Part shown: one piece after another, positions 50,241-63,000 of the stretch
Layout: every line of letters begins with the position of its first letter
Numbering within the stretch: position 1 is the first letter of the stretch
Source of the DNA: Takakia lepidozioides
Taxonomy: Eukaryota; Plantae; Bryophyta
Length of the DNA: 64,000 bases
Direction of reading: 5' to 3'
Assembly (NCBI GenBank): GCA_030704615.1
Contig: CM060731.1
Span: forward strand, 94,798,001-94,862,000
Notes under the pieces: generated by a model
What the model was told of the DNA's origin: nothing
What the model saw: only the letters and a program-made list of their open reading frames with translations
The model's database searches: none
Program-made: the position numbers and the translations under genes

Positions 50241-53200
50241 TCAATGATTCTGGAATCCAAAGGAGGAGTTTGTGAGCGCGTTCACGCTCAACGCGAGTGC
50301 ATGAATAAAGTCATCAATAGTCACGTTCATCCTCAACCTCTTCAGGTAAATGTAATACAGATGCTTGCACGGATAATACTTCGAACCCTTCTTTGCTTCC
50401 ATCAACGACAAGTCCGTACAATTGCAAGTCGGCTCCACTCCAATCGTAATTGTGTATACATCGTCGCTTACAAGCCGAGCCGGCGTTGCCATCCGATTAC
50501 ACACGCCCAAGGGCGGGTGGGGGTACGTCCACGGAGTCTGAATAGTGCAAGCCATCCCAAGAGCATTGGCAATCCGAGTCTCATTCAACTTGTTGGGAGG
50601 GTGTCGTCTCTTCACTCTTCGAAATCGCATTGTGGGATGTGCAGAAGAATGTCCAATCCGTCTCTACTGGACCGAGCAGTCTGCAATGGCTGGGTCTGAG
50701 GACCGGAAATGCGTTGGCCGGGATGTCTGTGCGTTGCACCATTCGAAATCCCCCTGCTGCAGAAAGAGCATCCGCCTCATTTGAGAGAGGCTGCCAAACC
50801 CGGTGCAACAGGCCGATGCCCGGAGGCTCCGGCATTCCCTGAATCACGTACTTGGGCTTGCGCCAAATACACAGGTCATTATGTCGTGCCTACAGAACAC
50901 AAAATGTCTGCGTTGTGGCGTGAGCAAAGGTGGGAGTCAAAACTCTGCCGCTGATGTTGAAACAAGGTGCAGGTACAACACTGTGTGGGTTCCTCCGAAT
51001 CATCTCACCACAACGTGCTCTCGTATCCACCCGGATGGCGCAGTACTTCCCTTGAAATGCCGGCAATGTCCTTGCAATTCTCCACTGTGGACTCCAACAC
51101 TCTTGTCTCCACAATGGGAATGTTGTACTGCTTTATTACAGATGGCTCGTTATGTTGCGGGGCACGCGCCCTGTGCTCGAAGGAGATGGCGATCTTGAAC
51201 GTGCAGGACTTGCGGTGCTCGACGAGACCTCCTGGGCAACATCACCGGACCACGAGGGAGCGTGCAAATATCTTGTCGCTCGCCATGAAATCTCTCCCGC
51301 CAGGTGCTCGTCAAGTCTTGTCTCACTGGAGGGATGAACATATCCTTCCAAATGTTGGCCTCTCGCAGCAATGGCGTGTCCCGAAGGCCCTCTCGCAAGG
51401 CGCCGCCCACTTCCGAGGATTCTTCGATCTAGAGGCAGTCCGCATCAGCATTTCCTGCCTGTCCGGCCCCAAAGCCCCACTGTTTCCCTTTCAAGAACTC
51501 GTTGTATCTGCATTGCTGATAATTGACCTCACAATGTCATCCGTTGTGGCAGTGAGGATGTCCACCAGATGTGCCGCGCAGAGGAGGCACGCCAGGAAGA
51601 GTGCATGATTCGGCATGTTTTCGTGGGCATGTCGGTGTCGGGAGGTCAAGACACATTTCCTGCACAAGCACATGTTGAGGTTACAAGCAAGTTACAAATA
51701 TGGCCAAGAATAATATTCAACGGGACGCGAATTCGTGCAATTCACCTCCCGCATATAGTCGCCGACCTGGAGGAAACGATAATGCGCCATGCTAGCCACT
51801 GACCATTGCTCCCTCGTCTGATTCCTTACAGCACCTGACGATGTCCACCAAGCCCGTATGCATGCAAACTGTGTCTCTGCATCATCCAGGTGGGAGCGCG
51901 CTTCCACGCAAGGCACATGGAAACGGTTGCTCTCTCTGAAATCTGCGCCACGAGCCTGGTTGTGTACTGCGAAAGCTCTGCAGAAAATGGAACCCACAAG
52001 ATCTCTCCTTGCCTTCTATGGGAACATTGGGGTCTTGCCCGTACACCCTTCGGATGGCAGCCCAATTGCTTGTGCGTTGTCCGCATGAAACCACGGAAAT
52101 GGGAGGGGGCAATCCCGCCTTGGCCATCTGTTCGTTATTTTCCCTGCCAAAGAGCATCCAATTGTGTGTCCTCTCCTTTCATCTCACAAATAGCAATTGT
52201 CATGTGCATCCTGCAGTGGGGTAGTAGAACATGTGCACCCATTGTCACCCACTGGTGATTATAATTCGCTTGATATGGTCGAACATGACCCAACTGTTTG
52301 ACCAGTTCCCACTCGTCATCCTGTCGACCAGTTCGACGCCGCTGCCAGGTACACGTGGACATTTTGAATACGAAACAACGATCTGCCTCAGTCCCTTGTC
52401 CTGGAAACCTACTTCCATGAATATAGTCATATCCACATCGTCGCTTCACCTCCAGAATGGAGTGCATATCCGAGCCACGCCCAATTTTCTGTTTGCATGA
52501 GACAATGTGGTTTCGGACATTCGGTGAACATACGTGGGACACCGACTCCAGCAATGCCTCCATTCCTTCTCGTCGAGGAGGAACTCTATCGGAGCCGTCT
52601 TCCGACATAATTCTGGCCAATGCCATCTTATGGGCGGCTTGGAGCTGTATCTGTTTGGGTTTGGCACCCGGTCTCAACTTAACCTCCTCCTGAACGAGCT
52701 GTCTGCTTCGTGGGCAGCCTCCGCGAGTTCCCCCTCGCCAATTTGTGACAATGGGAAACCAAACGTGTATGCAAGCTCGGGTGAGGTCAGGGAAACGGTG
52801 CAATTGCCAACACATAGAATGATTGGCATTACAAACAGACATGCAGTGTGGTGGTTCTTGCAATGCGCACACTAAATGTGGAGTTCGGAACCTTCTCCCG
52901 AGCTCGAAATGGTTGATGAGCTTGTGCCTGTCCAATCGGTCTCGTCTGTGACCTTGGATTAAAGTGAAGCAAGTTGGAGAGAGAAACACCGCAACGAGCG
53001 CACCGCACAAACAACGTAGTGCACCCGCACACCATCGAGCATCTTCATGCTGGTGGTTTTGGTAACGCACCAAGGATGACCGTCATGTTTTCTATCCAAT
53101 CTGTCAACATTCCGGACGCCCTCGAGTAGTCCGCCCGAGGAGGGAAACTCAAAGAAGATATTCCGTCGACGTCGGCGGGGAGGAAGGATGTAACCGATTA

Positions 53201-53820
53201 ATTGCGAACTTGCGTAGTCCAGCCCGGCCAGCTCGACCGGTGTCCTCCATGTGAAAGCCCTCGCAGAATTTCAAGAATAGATCGAACTGCGGTGCTCGTG
53301 CGGGAATATGACTCCCTCCTCCACTGACGTCCATTGAGGACTTGCCTGATCTCCAGGACGACCTCGGAACTTCCATGACCTCGTCTGAGTCGGACAGGGT
53401 GTGTGAACAACCCGGTTCTTGCTCGTCTTCATGGATGGGTTTGGCTCTGGATTTACTTCGTTGCGGACTTCTCTCTTTGAGGTAGCCACTCTCTGATTCG
53501 CGGATGTTTCGTGGAAGGCGCCAGGATAGAAGGTGCATTTGGCGGGCAAATGAAGTCCCCAACAGCCCTGTATATGACGTGGTCCGATGGTGGAACTCGC
53601 CATCCCTGCCATCGCCAAAATCATCGGGAGCACAACAATAATCTCGAACAACAAGGCCGTTAGAGTTCCTTCCTTTCCTCCTCAAAAAAACCGACCCCGG
53701 TTTCAGGTGGTATCGAACGCACAGATATTTCTCCTCACCCGGCAGATGTACTCTGCACGGAAATGAAGCTCATAGCTCGTGAGGAGGGCAGTACAGTGTA
53801 GCGCTCGGGTTTTCCGCCAT
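50241..53820 (-). pseudogene. MULE family B transposase (same architecture as family A), indel-rich
   Basis: HGSRFPGQG...FVFKMS, WVMFDH, AICEMKGED, CTCTD-like SWIM (PTCNCTD...YPCKHLYY). Collinear with 16353-19919 but diverged. Confidence 0.85.
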
Positions 53821-53832
53821 GGGAGATGTGCA

Positions 53833-54678
53833 GCTTTGCCTTCAGTTTGAAGGACGTGGGAGCACTGAAGGGTCAAGAGATCCGTATTGAGTTGGCCACT
53901 GACACGCCAATCTTCGGAGACCCTATAGATACAGTGACATGGGAGGTCTTTGATTCAGATGAGGACTCAAGATCTCTGAGGAGGCAGGGTTTGGTGGAGC
54001 TCTCTGGTGGAGAGTATGCTTCAGCCCAGTGATGCCAGCCAAGAAGGATGTTATGCAATTGGGGATGGAAGAGAGAGACGTATGGTGCGGTGATTACGGC
54101 CTGTAAATCGTCAGACCAAGTCCGATAGGTATGCCATGCCGACACCAGAGGAGATCTTTGATTGCCACTGGGCATTCCAAGGTCTTTAGCACATTGGATT
54201 TACGATCCGGATATCACCAGTTGCCAATCAAGGAGGCGGATAAGCAAAAGACGGCATTCTGGGGGATCAATGAGCACGGGGAAGGATTGCCTTATACCAG
54301 TGGCGGTTCTTACCATTTGGGCTTAAAAATGCTACCGCTGAGTTTCAAGAGTCATGGACAGGATTTAGCAGGGGTGGAGTTTGCTCGGTGCTACATAGAT
54401 GGACATCTCATCTTTAGTGCTACGGGGGAGGAGCATGGAGAGACACCCTTCAGGGGGTATTTGAGCGATTGAGGACGGCACTGAGTGAAGTTAATCTGGG
54501 CAAGTGCAGTTTTTCCAACAACCAGATTGAGTTATCTGGGTCACATGATATATCCTGGAGGATTGGGGGTACAGCAGACTAAGGGTAGAGTCCATTGACA
54601 GGTTCCACGCCCCGGATGTGACGCCGAGTTCGGCTTTATGGGGTAGCAAACTATTACAGCCGGCTTTGTTAAGGGATT
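53833..54678 (+). pseudogene. Second gypsy RT fragment of the family seen at 48.3-49.1 kb
   Basis: FAFSLKDVGALKGQEIRIELATDTP, ELSGGEYAS, VFSTLDLRSGYHQLPIKEADKQKTAFWG, CYID. Confidence 0.9.
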
Positions 54679-55178
54679 NNNNNNNNNNNNNNNNNNNNNN
54701 NNNNNNNNNNNNNNNNNNNNNNNNNNNNNNNNNNNNNNNNNNNNNNNNNNNNNNNNNNNNNNNNNNNNNNNNNNNNNNNNNNNNNNNNNNNNNNNNNNNN
54801 NNNNNNNNNNNNNNNNNNNNNNNNNNNNNNNNNNNNNNNNNNNNNNNNNNNNNNNNNNNNNNNNNNNNNNNNNNNNNNNNNNNNNNNNNNNNNNNNNNNN
54901 NNNNNNNNNNNNNNNNNNNNNNNNNNNNNNNNNNNNNNNNNNNNNNNNNNNNNNNNNNNNNNNNNNNNNNNNNNNNNNNNNNNNNNNNNNNNNNNNNNNN
55001 NNNNNNNNNNNNNNNNNNNNNNNNNNNNNNNNNNNNNNNNNNNNNNNNNNNNNNNNNNNNNNNNNNNNNNNNNNNNNNNNNNNNNNNNNNNNNNNNNNNN
55101 NNNNNNNNNNNNNNNNNNNNNNNNNNNNNNNNNNNNNNNNNNNNNNNNNNNNNNNNNNNNNNNNNNNNNNNNNNNNNN
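54679..55178. other. Assembly gap (500 N)
   Basis: Run of exactly 500 N followed by a (CT)n tract. Confidence 1.
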
Positions 55179-56637
55179 CTCTCTCTCTTTCTCTCTCTCT
55201 TGTCCCTTTTTCCAATGACCCATCGCTCAAACAGCTCTCATCTCTTTTGTCAGACTTCAACCCAAATACCCCAACATCCCTCTTTTCCCTTCAACTGTGG
55301 AACACAGTTGTTCAGATCCTGATCCCATAGTGAAATCACCTTATCCTTTCCATTGTTTTTTTTGCAACTCCAGCTAACCATCATTTGATCTCTCCAAACA
55401 AACAAGCCAGATCTACATTGGTTCCAGGTTATCACTACACACAGGCAGCATGGGTGTCCAGGTTTATGACACTGAATCAAAATGCAAGAATGAAGACAAC
55501 AGTGGACCATTCTGAATTCAGTGACGAACAGGCTCTCTCTTTCTCTCTCTCTTCACTTATTTCTCTCACTGTCATCACAACATCAGGTGCATCCATCCTT
55601 CCACGTTCTGGTCTGAAGTCCAGAGTCTCCATTCCCATTTCAAAAACTTTTTTTGTCACATGTCTCTACCTTTTCTCTTCTGCCAAGATGCAGTCCTAAA
55701 TCTACCAAAGCAATTTCTAAGTCCTGGCAAAAGAAGCCTCTGTTCATCGACTTATCTGTTTTTTATCCACTAGTGAAGCGGCGGTGTCTGCCTGTCAAAG
55801 TGGGCCACCTTGCCATCGCCCCGTCAGCAGCCACTTCAACCCTTTCTCTTTGTCTTGATTCCAGACCTTATGACGCCATGATGGCTCCCCTTCTTCACTT
55901 GGACCATCCTGTGGCTTGACAACCAGATTACGCTATGCAATTCTCCTCTCGAATTGGCCTGGTCCTATAACAAGGAGAACAAAGCAAGCTAGAAGCTTAA
56001 TGACAGAGAACCCGAGATACCATACAGCCAGAACTCCACATGCTTTACCTTCCCCCCATTGATTGTTGGTCCAGACTCTCTTCCCTGTGCTTTCAGCAGC
56101 TGGCCTTTTCCTTGCTTGCTCATCTGCCCATAACTATCATCTTCAAGGCACTGGCGGCAGTGGTGGTGCGCCGCTTTCCTTACATGCTTCTATCTCTTGG
56201 AATTGATCATCACTACAGAGAGAGGCGGCACCGCTTCTTTCTACACAGAATACCAAGCAGAGGCGTCTTAATGCCGCTTCCTAAGCCAAGCAAGATCCCA
56301 CCGCGCAGTACAACCTCCTAACACAGGCTGGCCCTGCCGACACCACTCCTTTGCAACAGCCGCTACGAGCCATCCGTCATCTTCCTCTTCGTTTTTCTCA
56401 ACCCGCGATCTTTTAGGTCAAGAATCAGTGATGAAAACGTTCATCGCATGGATGAAAATGTGTACCGTCATGACTTAGCCATTTTCTCCTGGCAAAGCAT
56501 AAGTTCAGTGCGCTCATGAAATTACCTTCATGAAGGGATACATCCTTTCTGCAGTTGGGATGACGCGGCAACCCGTCATAGTGATGTAGGTCGTAATGGT
56601 AAACATATGTAATGTTCTGCCCTGCATTCACACTACA

Positions 56638-57388
56638 GATGACCGTCATGTTTTCTATCCATATCTGTCAACATTCCGGACGCCCTCGAGTAGTCCGCCC
56701 GAGGAGGGAACTCAAAGAAGATATTACCGTCGACGTCGGCGGGAAGGCATATAACCGATTTAGTTGCGAACTTGCTGTAGTCCAGCCCGGCCAGCTCCGA
56801 CCGGTGTCCCTCCATGTGAAGCCCTCGCAAAATTTCAAGAATAGATCAAACTGCGGTGCTCGTGCTGGGAATATGACTCCCTCCTCCACTGACGTCCATT
56901 GAGGACTTGCCTGATCTCCAAGACGACCTTGGAACTTCCATGACCTCGTCTGAGTCGGACAGGTTGTGAACAACCCGGTTCTCGCTCGTCTTCATGGATG
57001 GGTTCGGCTCTGGATTTACTTCGTTGCGGACTTCTCTCTTTGAGGTAGCCACTCTCTGATTCGCGGATTGTTTCGTGGAAGGCGCCAGGATAGAAGGTGC
57101 ATTTGGCGGGCAAATGAAGTCCCCAACAGCCCTGTATATGACGCTGTCCGATGGTGGAACTCGCCATTCCCTGCCATCGCCAAAATCATCGTGGAGCACA
57201 ACAATACTCTCAACAACAAGGCCGTTAGAGAACTTCCTTTCCTCCTCCAAAAAAACCGACCCCGGTTTCAGGTGGTATCGAACGCACAGATATTTCTCCA
57301 TCACCCGGCAGATGTCCCCTCTGCATGGAAATGAAGCTCTATGCTCGTGAGGAGGGTAGTACACTGTAGCGCTCGGGTTTTCTGCCAT
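56638..57388 (-). pseudogene. 5' part of the MULE family B gene, near-identical to 53075-53820
   Basis: MAENPSATVYYPPHEH... through ...EFPPRADYSRASGMLTDMDRKHDGH, truncated at 56638. Confidence 0.85.
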
Positions 57389-57619
57389 GGGAGATGTGCA
57401 CACAAGACTGCCAGGATGGCGTGCGGGGAAGCTCCCTGGATGCAGCGATGGGAATGAATTAGATGCCGATTTGTCCGAGCGACGAAGCCTGATCCAAATC
57501 CAGGGAGCCAACTATCTCAAAAATCCACAGTCAGAGTGTTAATGAACCTTGTCTCCGGAATGCGGCCCCTGGTCTTTGCGCAATAACTGTCAACGGTATG
57601 CAGTCAGAAAGTGGGGGGC

Positions 57620-59135
57620 CGTCCGGATGATGTCGGCTGAAGGGGAGAAGTCGGCACCGTGCCGTCACATTACTACCCCCGAATGGAAATTCGGCACCCA
57701 ATATCCAACAGGGGAAGCCCGGATGAAGTCGCCTCGGGCGCAGAGGCCGGCGCGTGTGCGACAGAGAACATCCCCTGGATGGAGATTCGGCGCCGAATTT
57801 CCATCCGGGGCGGTTCGGATGCAGTCGGGGAGGGGGGAGAGGTCGGCACTTGGCCGTCACATTTCAACCCCCGGACGGAAATTTGGCACCGAATATCCAA
57901 CAGGGGACGCCCGGATGAAGTCGCCTCGGGCGTAGAGGCCGGCACGTGTTCGACAGAGAGCATCCCCTGGATGGAGATTCGGCGCCGAATTTCCATCCGG
58001 GCCACCCCAAAGGAAGTCGTGTCGGGGGTCAGACCGAAAACTGGCCGACATAAAAACCTCCCCAGATGGAAAAACGGCGCCGAATTTCAATCCGGGGCCG
58101 TTCTAATGCAGTCGGGGAGGGGGGAGAGGTCGGCACCTGGCCGTCATATTTCAACCCCCGGACGGAAATTCAGCACCGAATATCCAACAGAGCGGCGGAG
58201 AGGCCGGCACCTCTCCGACAGAGACCATCCCCCGGATGGAAATTCGGCGCCGAATTTCCATCCAGCAGGTAAGTGGAATCCCGGATGGATGGAGATCCGA
58301 ATTTCCATCCTGCAGGTAATTCGAATCCCGGATGGATGGAGATCCGGCGCCGAATTTCCATTCTGCAGGTAGTTCGAATCCCGGATGGATGGAGATCCGG
58401 CGCCGAATTTCCATCCAGCAGGTAAGTGGAATCCCGGATGGATGGAGATCCGGCGCCGAATTTCCATCCTGCAGGTAGTTCGAATCCCGGATGGATGGAG
58501 ATCCGGCGCCGAATTTCCATCCAGCAGGTAAGTCGGATCGCTGGCGTATGGATATTCGGCGCCGAATTTCCATTCGCCAGGTATTTCATCGCTCAGAATT
58601 ACCTTCCTGCAGGTAATTCTGATCGATGAATTACCTTCGTGCAGGTAATTCTTATCGATGAATAACCTTCCTGCAGGTAATTCCGAGCGTAGGAAGGTAA
58701 TTCATCGCTCAGAATTACCTGCAGGAAGGTAATTCTGAGCGATGAAATACCTGGCGAATGGAAATTCGGCGTCGAATATCCATACGCCAGCGATCCGACT
58801 TACCTGCTGGATGGAAATTCGGCGCCGAATTTCCATCCATCCGGGATTCGAATTACCTGCAGGATGGAAATTCGGCGCCGGATCTCCATCCATCCGCTCT
58901 CCGCCCAACCTTGCGGATGGAAATCTGGCCCCGGATTTCCATCCATCTGCCTCCGAATTACCTGCTTGAGGGAAATTTCGTGCGCCGCCCTACCTGCGCG
59001 GATGGAAATCCGGCGCCGGATTTCCATCCATCCGCTTCTGAATTACCTGCTTGAGGGAAATTTCGCGCGCCGCCCTCCCTTCTGGATGGAAATTCGGTGC
59101 CGGAATTACCTCTACGTTGGAAATTCCGGGCCTCT
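57620..59135. repeat. Array of GGAAATTCGGCGCCGAATTTCC palindromes with a central inverted repeat of about 188-bp arms
   Basis: Perfect 30-bp palindrome GGATGGAAATTCGGCGCCGAATTTCCATCC at 58234-58263; about 54-bp tandem units; arms about 58435-58622 and 58709-58896. Confidence 0.95.
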
Positions 59136-60054
59136 TTCCGTCGATTTTCATCCGACATGGAGGGCTTTATCCGACATTTAATTGCGCAGTTGGGCAATAA
59201 ATGTCCACCGCCGTCGGTTTTCATTCGGGCTGGCGACACATGGCTTCCTGGATACGTACCCTAAATCTCATGCTAATCTTGGCTTAACATGCTATTCGAG
59301 GCATGTACCCCAAAAACGGAGATCTTTTTCCATTTTGGCTGGGACTTATGCCGCCTGAAGGGCGTGGCTCTCCCGAGAGAGACCTCACATCCAGACCGCA
59401 GCGGAAGTTGAAAGCTCTGTACTACGGACGACGGCCAATCTCTCGCATGGCCAAACTGAAGCTCCAGCAGGAGATTCCAGTGTCTTGCTCACAACCCGCG
59501 CCAACTGAAGCCGAGTACTCTCAGGCAAGCCACTTCTGCTTTTGCTTTGTTCGATTTCTTTTTGGCTTTCGCTTTGTTGCCTCGCTTTGTTTTTGCATCT
59601 TCATCCTGGCTTCGCTGGATGAGTGAACTTTAGATAGTTGAGTGAACCTTACATTGTTTGCAATGCGTGTGCAAATCCGGCAGCTGTGGAGAAGGCTGCT
59701 TGTGCATGTCATTCTCAGGCAATTGTTGCATTTGTTTTCATTGTTGTTGCATGGCTCTCCATACTTCCTAAACTTGTTATGTTTTCATTTTTGTTACACG
59801 ATTGTTGCTATGGTGGTTGCGCTGCTCGTTGCGATGCTGGTTTTTGCACCGATGTTGGTTTTCACGATTTTTGGGAATCACAGAGTGACGACGAGCCCGG
59901 CACGCTGGTGGTATCATTGACAGCTCCAACTCATCGCATGTTTGAATCGCCCAACTTGGGGCGAGAGGGCAAACTTCAACCTTTTGTTGGTGGACGGGAG
60001 GACTTGCAACGACAGTACGACAGAATAGGCATTGGGGAGGTTGGTGCAGGCGGC

Positions 60055-63000
60055 ATGGCAGGTGAAGGGCGTGAGGACATGAGGACAGCAGATCCGGCAA
60101 TGGAGGTTGTTCATGCACATGCAGTAGGGCCCGCCCACGCAAAGAAAAAGAAGAAAGCTAAGCACATGCAATCCCCGGCGAGAGAGCCGTCACGGGCTGC
60201 GGAGGGGGGAGTGAGCAGTGCGCGCGAGGGTGTCAGTTCGCCTCAATCAAAGGTGGTCGTCCTGGAGGGCTCCCCTGCTGCTAGCCCTAGTAAGAAACAG
60301 AAAGCCCGTGAGAGGGCAAAAGAGAGGGCAAAAGAACAGACGAGACAGAATGCTAGCCAGGAGGAAAGAGAAAAGGCCACTGAAGAGGCCAGGGGTGCCC
60401 AAATGACAGATGCCAATGTAAGCGAGGGACGCACAGAGACGGTGGATCCCTCCAAGACACCACAGAGAGGCAGTAACACACCGGTTAGACCATCGCGGGC
60501 AAGAGCAGCCCCCGCAATTACCCATACGGTGGAGAGTGGAGGAGAGGAAAGAACACCAAAAGAGCACGGATTGTGCAAGTTCGAGGTGAAGCCAGGGAGA
60601 GGGCAGTAGAGACGGGGAGAGTGCTGGAGGTGGTTTCGCAGGTGGCTGACCCTGTTGAGGAGGACGACAGGGAGCTTTCTGACCAGGATGACATCCTCCC
60701 GGACATCCCCAGGCCCCAAACCCGGAGCATACAGGCTGGATTTGGCGGTCCTGGTGGGCTGCCGGAAAACCCCTCTGCAGCAGACGTCATGTCTGAGGCG
60801 GATATGAAGTTGGCCGCTGCCAAGATGTTGGAGGCAACCCACAGCAACATTGGCAGGGTGCTGGGGGGCATGGTGTACCCGGCCAAGCTTCGAATTCCCC
60901 TTTGCCGCTTGGTGTCATTGCAGGTGGTGAGACCTGCCCTCCCAGGCGATATCGACAAGCTGAAATTCTCTTTCCGGGATGGATATCGAATGGGGTCTGC
61001 CGCGTTTTACGTTTCCATTGAGAACGACCACGGAGCTTCCCGTGCCCACACTTCCGATGAGGTGGACAAATGGGGTCCCCATTGGCAAACGCGAAATGAG
61101 GAGTTCGAGAGATCGATTGCTAGTGATCCTCTTTTCCAGCACTTGTCCGGTAAGATGTTCTACGTGTGGGACGGCAATCATCGCCTCCTGGCATGGATGG
61201 AGCACATTGCCCAAGCCCACCCCAACGACCTCGATTGGCATTTCGCCGTGGATTGTGTTGTGCTGAAGGTTGCGGGGCCCAAAGATCGCAGTCTTCTCAA
61301 AGCTGCAATGGCCGACATCAACTCGTAAGCTACAACCCCTCTCGCTTTTGGACTTTGAATTTGGAAGTCATTTCATTGCGAATCCTCATATATGATGAAA
61401 ATTCCCATTTCAGTATTGTTTGATGGAAATGTGGCACTGCAGGGTGACTGAGAATGCCTTCATTGCCACCAACTTGTCCCATATGCTCTTCCGAGTGAAG
61501 GATGTCGGGAAGCAGGGGGTGCAAGAGTTTGCCAATTCCCTCAGTGCCGACCTCCTGCGCAAGTCGGAGGCAAAGGCAGACAGAACCTGGTATAGGCTGA
61601 GCGTCGACGCCATGGTGGACTACATATTTCGGGTAAAGCTCCTGACAGTTTTGTTGAGCTAATCTGTCTCTCCTCCCCCAATAGAAGAAATTGTGTTGAG
61701 CAGGATCTCTAATCTTATGTGCGCATTCTTGACAGACGAAAATACAGCAGGATTTGGCACATGCGCGGAGGTTCTACATGGAGTCAGAGGAGAAGAATCC
61801 AACCCTCCCGGAACTCGAATCGTATGTCAAAGCTGCGGAGGTGAGGGCCCGCATAAAGTACAAGTCGCGGATGGTAAAGTAAGTGGCCATAGCTGATCCC
61901 GCCCTTGGTGCCGACTTTCTGGTGGAGGTGGGGAAGCACTACTCTCGCGCTCTGAAGCCCACGATGACATTGGAGAAGCTCCATCGTCTAGCCACATCCT
62001 GTGTGGATGCAACAGAAAAGGTGATACATTCTTAACCAAATTGTGGTGGCAACAACTCTTTTTTGTGGTGTTTGGCGCTTACGAATATGCTGGGTGGTTG
62101 GACAGACCCGGTGGCTCCAAATCTGGAATGGTTCCCAAAGTACCAGGGACATGTGGAGCTTCCCCAAACCGGACAAACTCTCTGACCCCACATTCGACAT
62201 GTGGATGAACCGCATGACATGGTGGTTTCAGGTACTTCCCCACGCTTCGTTTGGGGCTTCTACTCTAGTAGGGGGTGGATTCATTGTATTTTTGAAGGAA
62301 AGCGATCTGATGGAGAATCTCCACAGGTGACGACGAATGCGCAAGAGCAGCTGGACACACAAGCACATCAGTTCAAGATGGAGATATCTCCTGCAGCAGA
62401 GAGCCTACGTGACTATGTGACGAGGTACTTTCTGCTCTACAAAACCAACCTATTCTTTCGGGAGATAGCAAATGCTCGCCGGAGCCACGAGTTCACCGAC
62501 CAGCCGAACGCGGACAAAGCAGCAATGCGCCTTCTGTACAGGTACATACGCGCTGCCTTTCTTTCAAGTCCTTGCATTTCAGGATGTTAGAAGCCTCATG
62601 TGGTGTTAGGGAAAATGGCGCCGAATTTCCAGTCAGGGCTCCGAAAATGGCTAAGTCCCTAGACTGGCTGGCCCGGAACTGGAAATTCGGCGCCATTTTC
62701 CAGTTCCAGGCCCTATTGCCGTTCAGGGACTTGGCCATTTTCGGGCTAAGTCCCTAGACTGGCTGGCCCGGAACTGGAAATTCGGCGCCATTTTCCAGTT
62801 CCAGGCCCTATTGCCGTTCAGGGACTTAGCCATTTTCGGGCTAAGTCCCTAGACTGGCTGGCCCTGAACTGGAAATTCGGCGCCATTTTCCAGTTCCAGG
62901 CCCTATTGCCGTTCAAGGACTTAGCCATTTTCGGGCTAAGTCCCTAGGGTGGCTGGCCCCGAAGTGGAAATTCGGCGCCATTTTCCAGTTGTAGGCCCTA

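Noticed and set aside
54541-55322. Long X-containing ORFs
   Set aside because: They span the N gap.
55179-56637. Possible host gene fragment or CACTA end (CACTA at 56631)
   Set aside because: No recognisable protein motif and no matching TAGTG terminus or TSD.
57531-59239. Many overlapping ORFs (MEIRRRISI...)
   Set aside because: They are translations of palindromic repeats on both strands.
60573-61328. Bacterial contamination as the source of the ParB-like ORF
   Set aside because: Five frame-preserving spliceosomal introns and linkage to a eukaryotic MULE gene.
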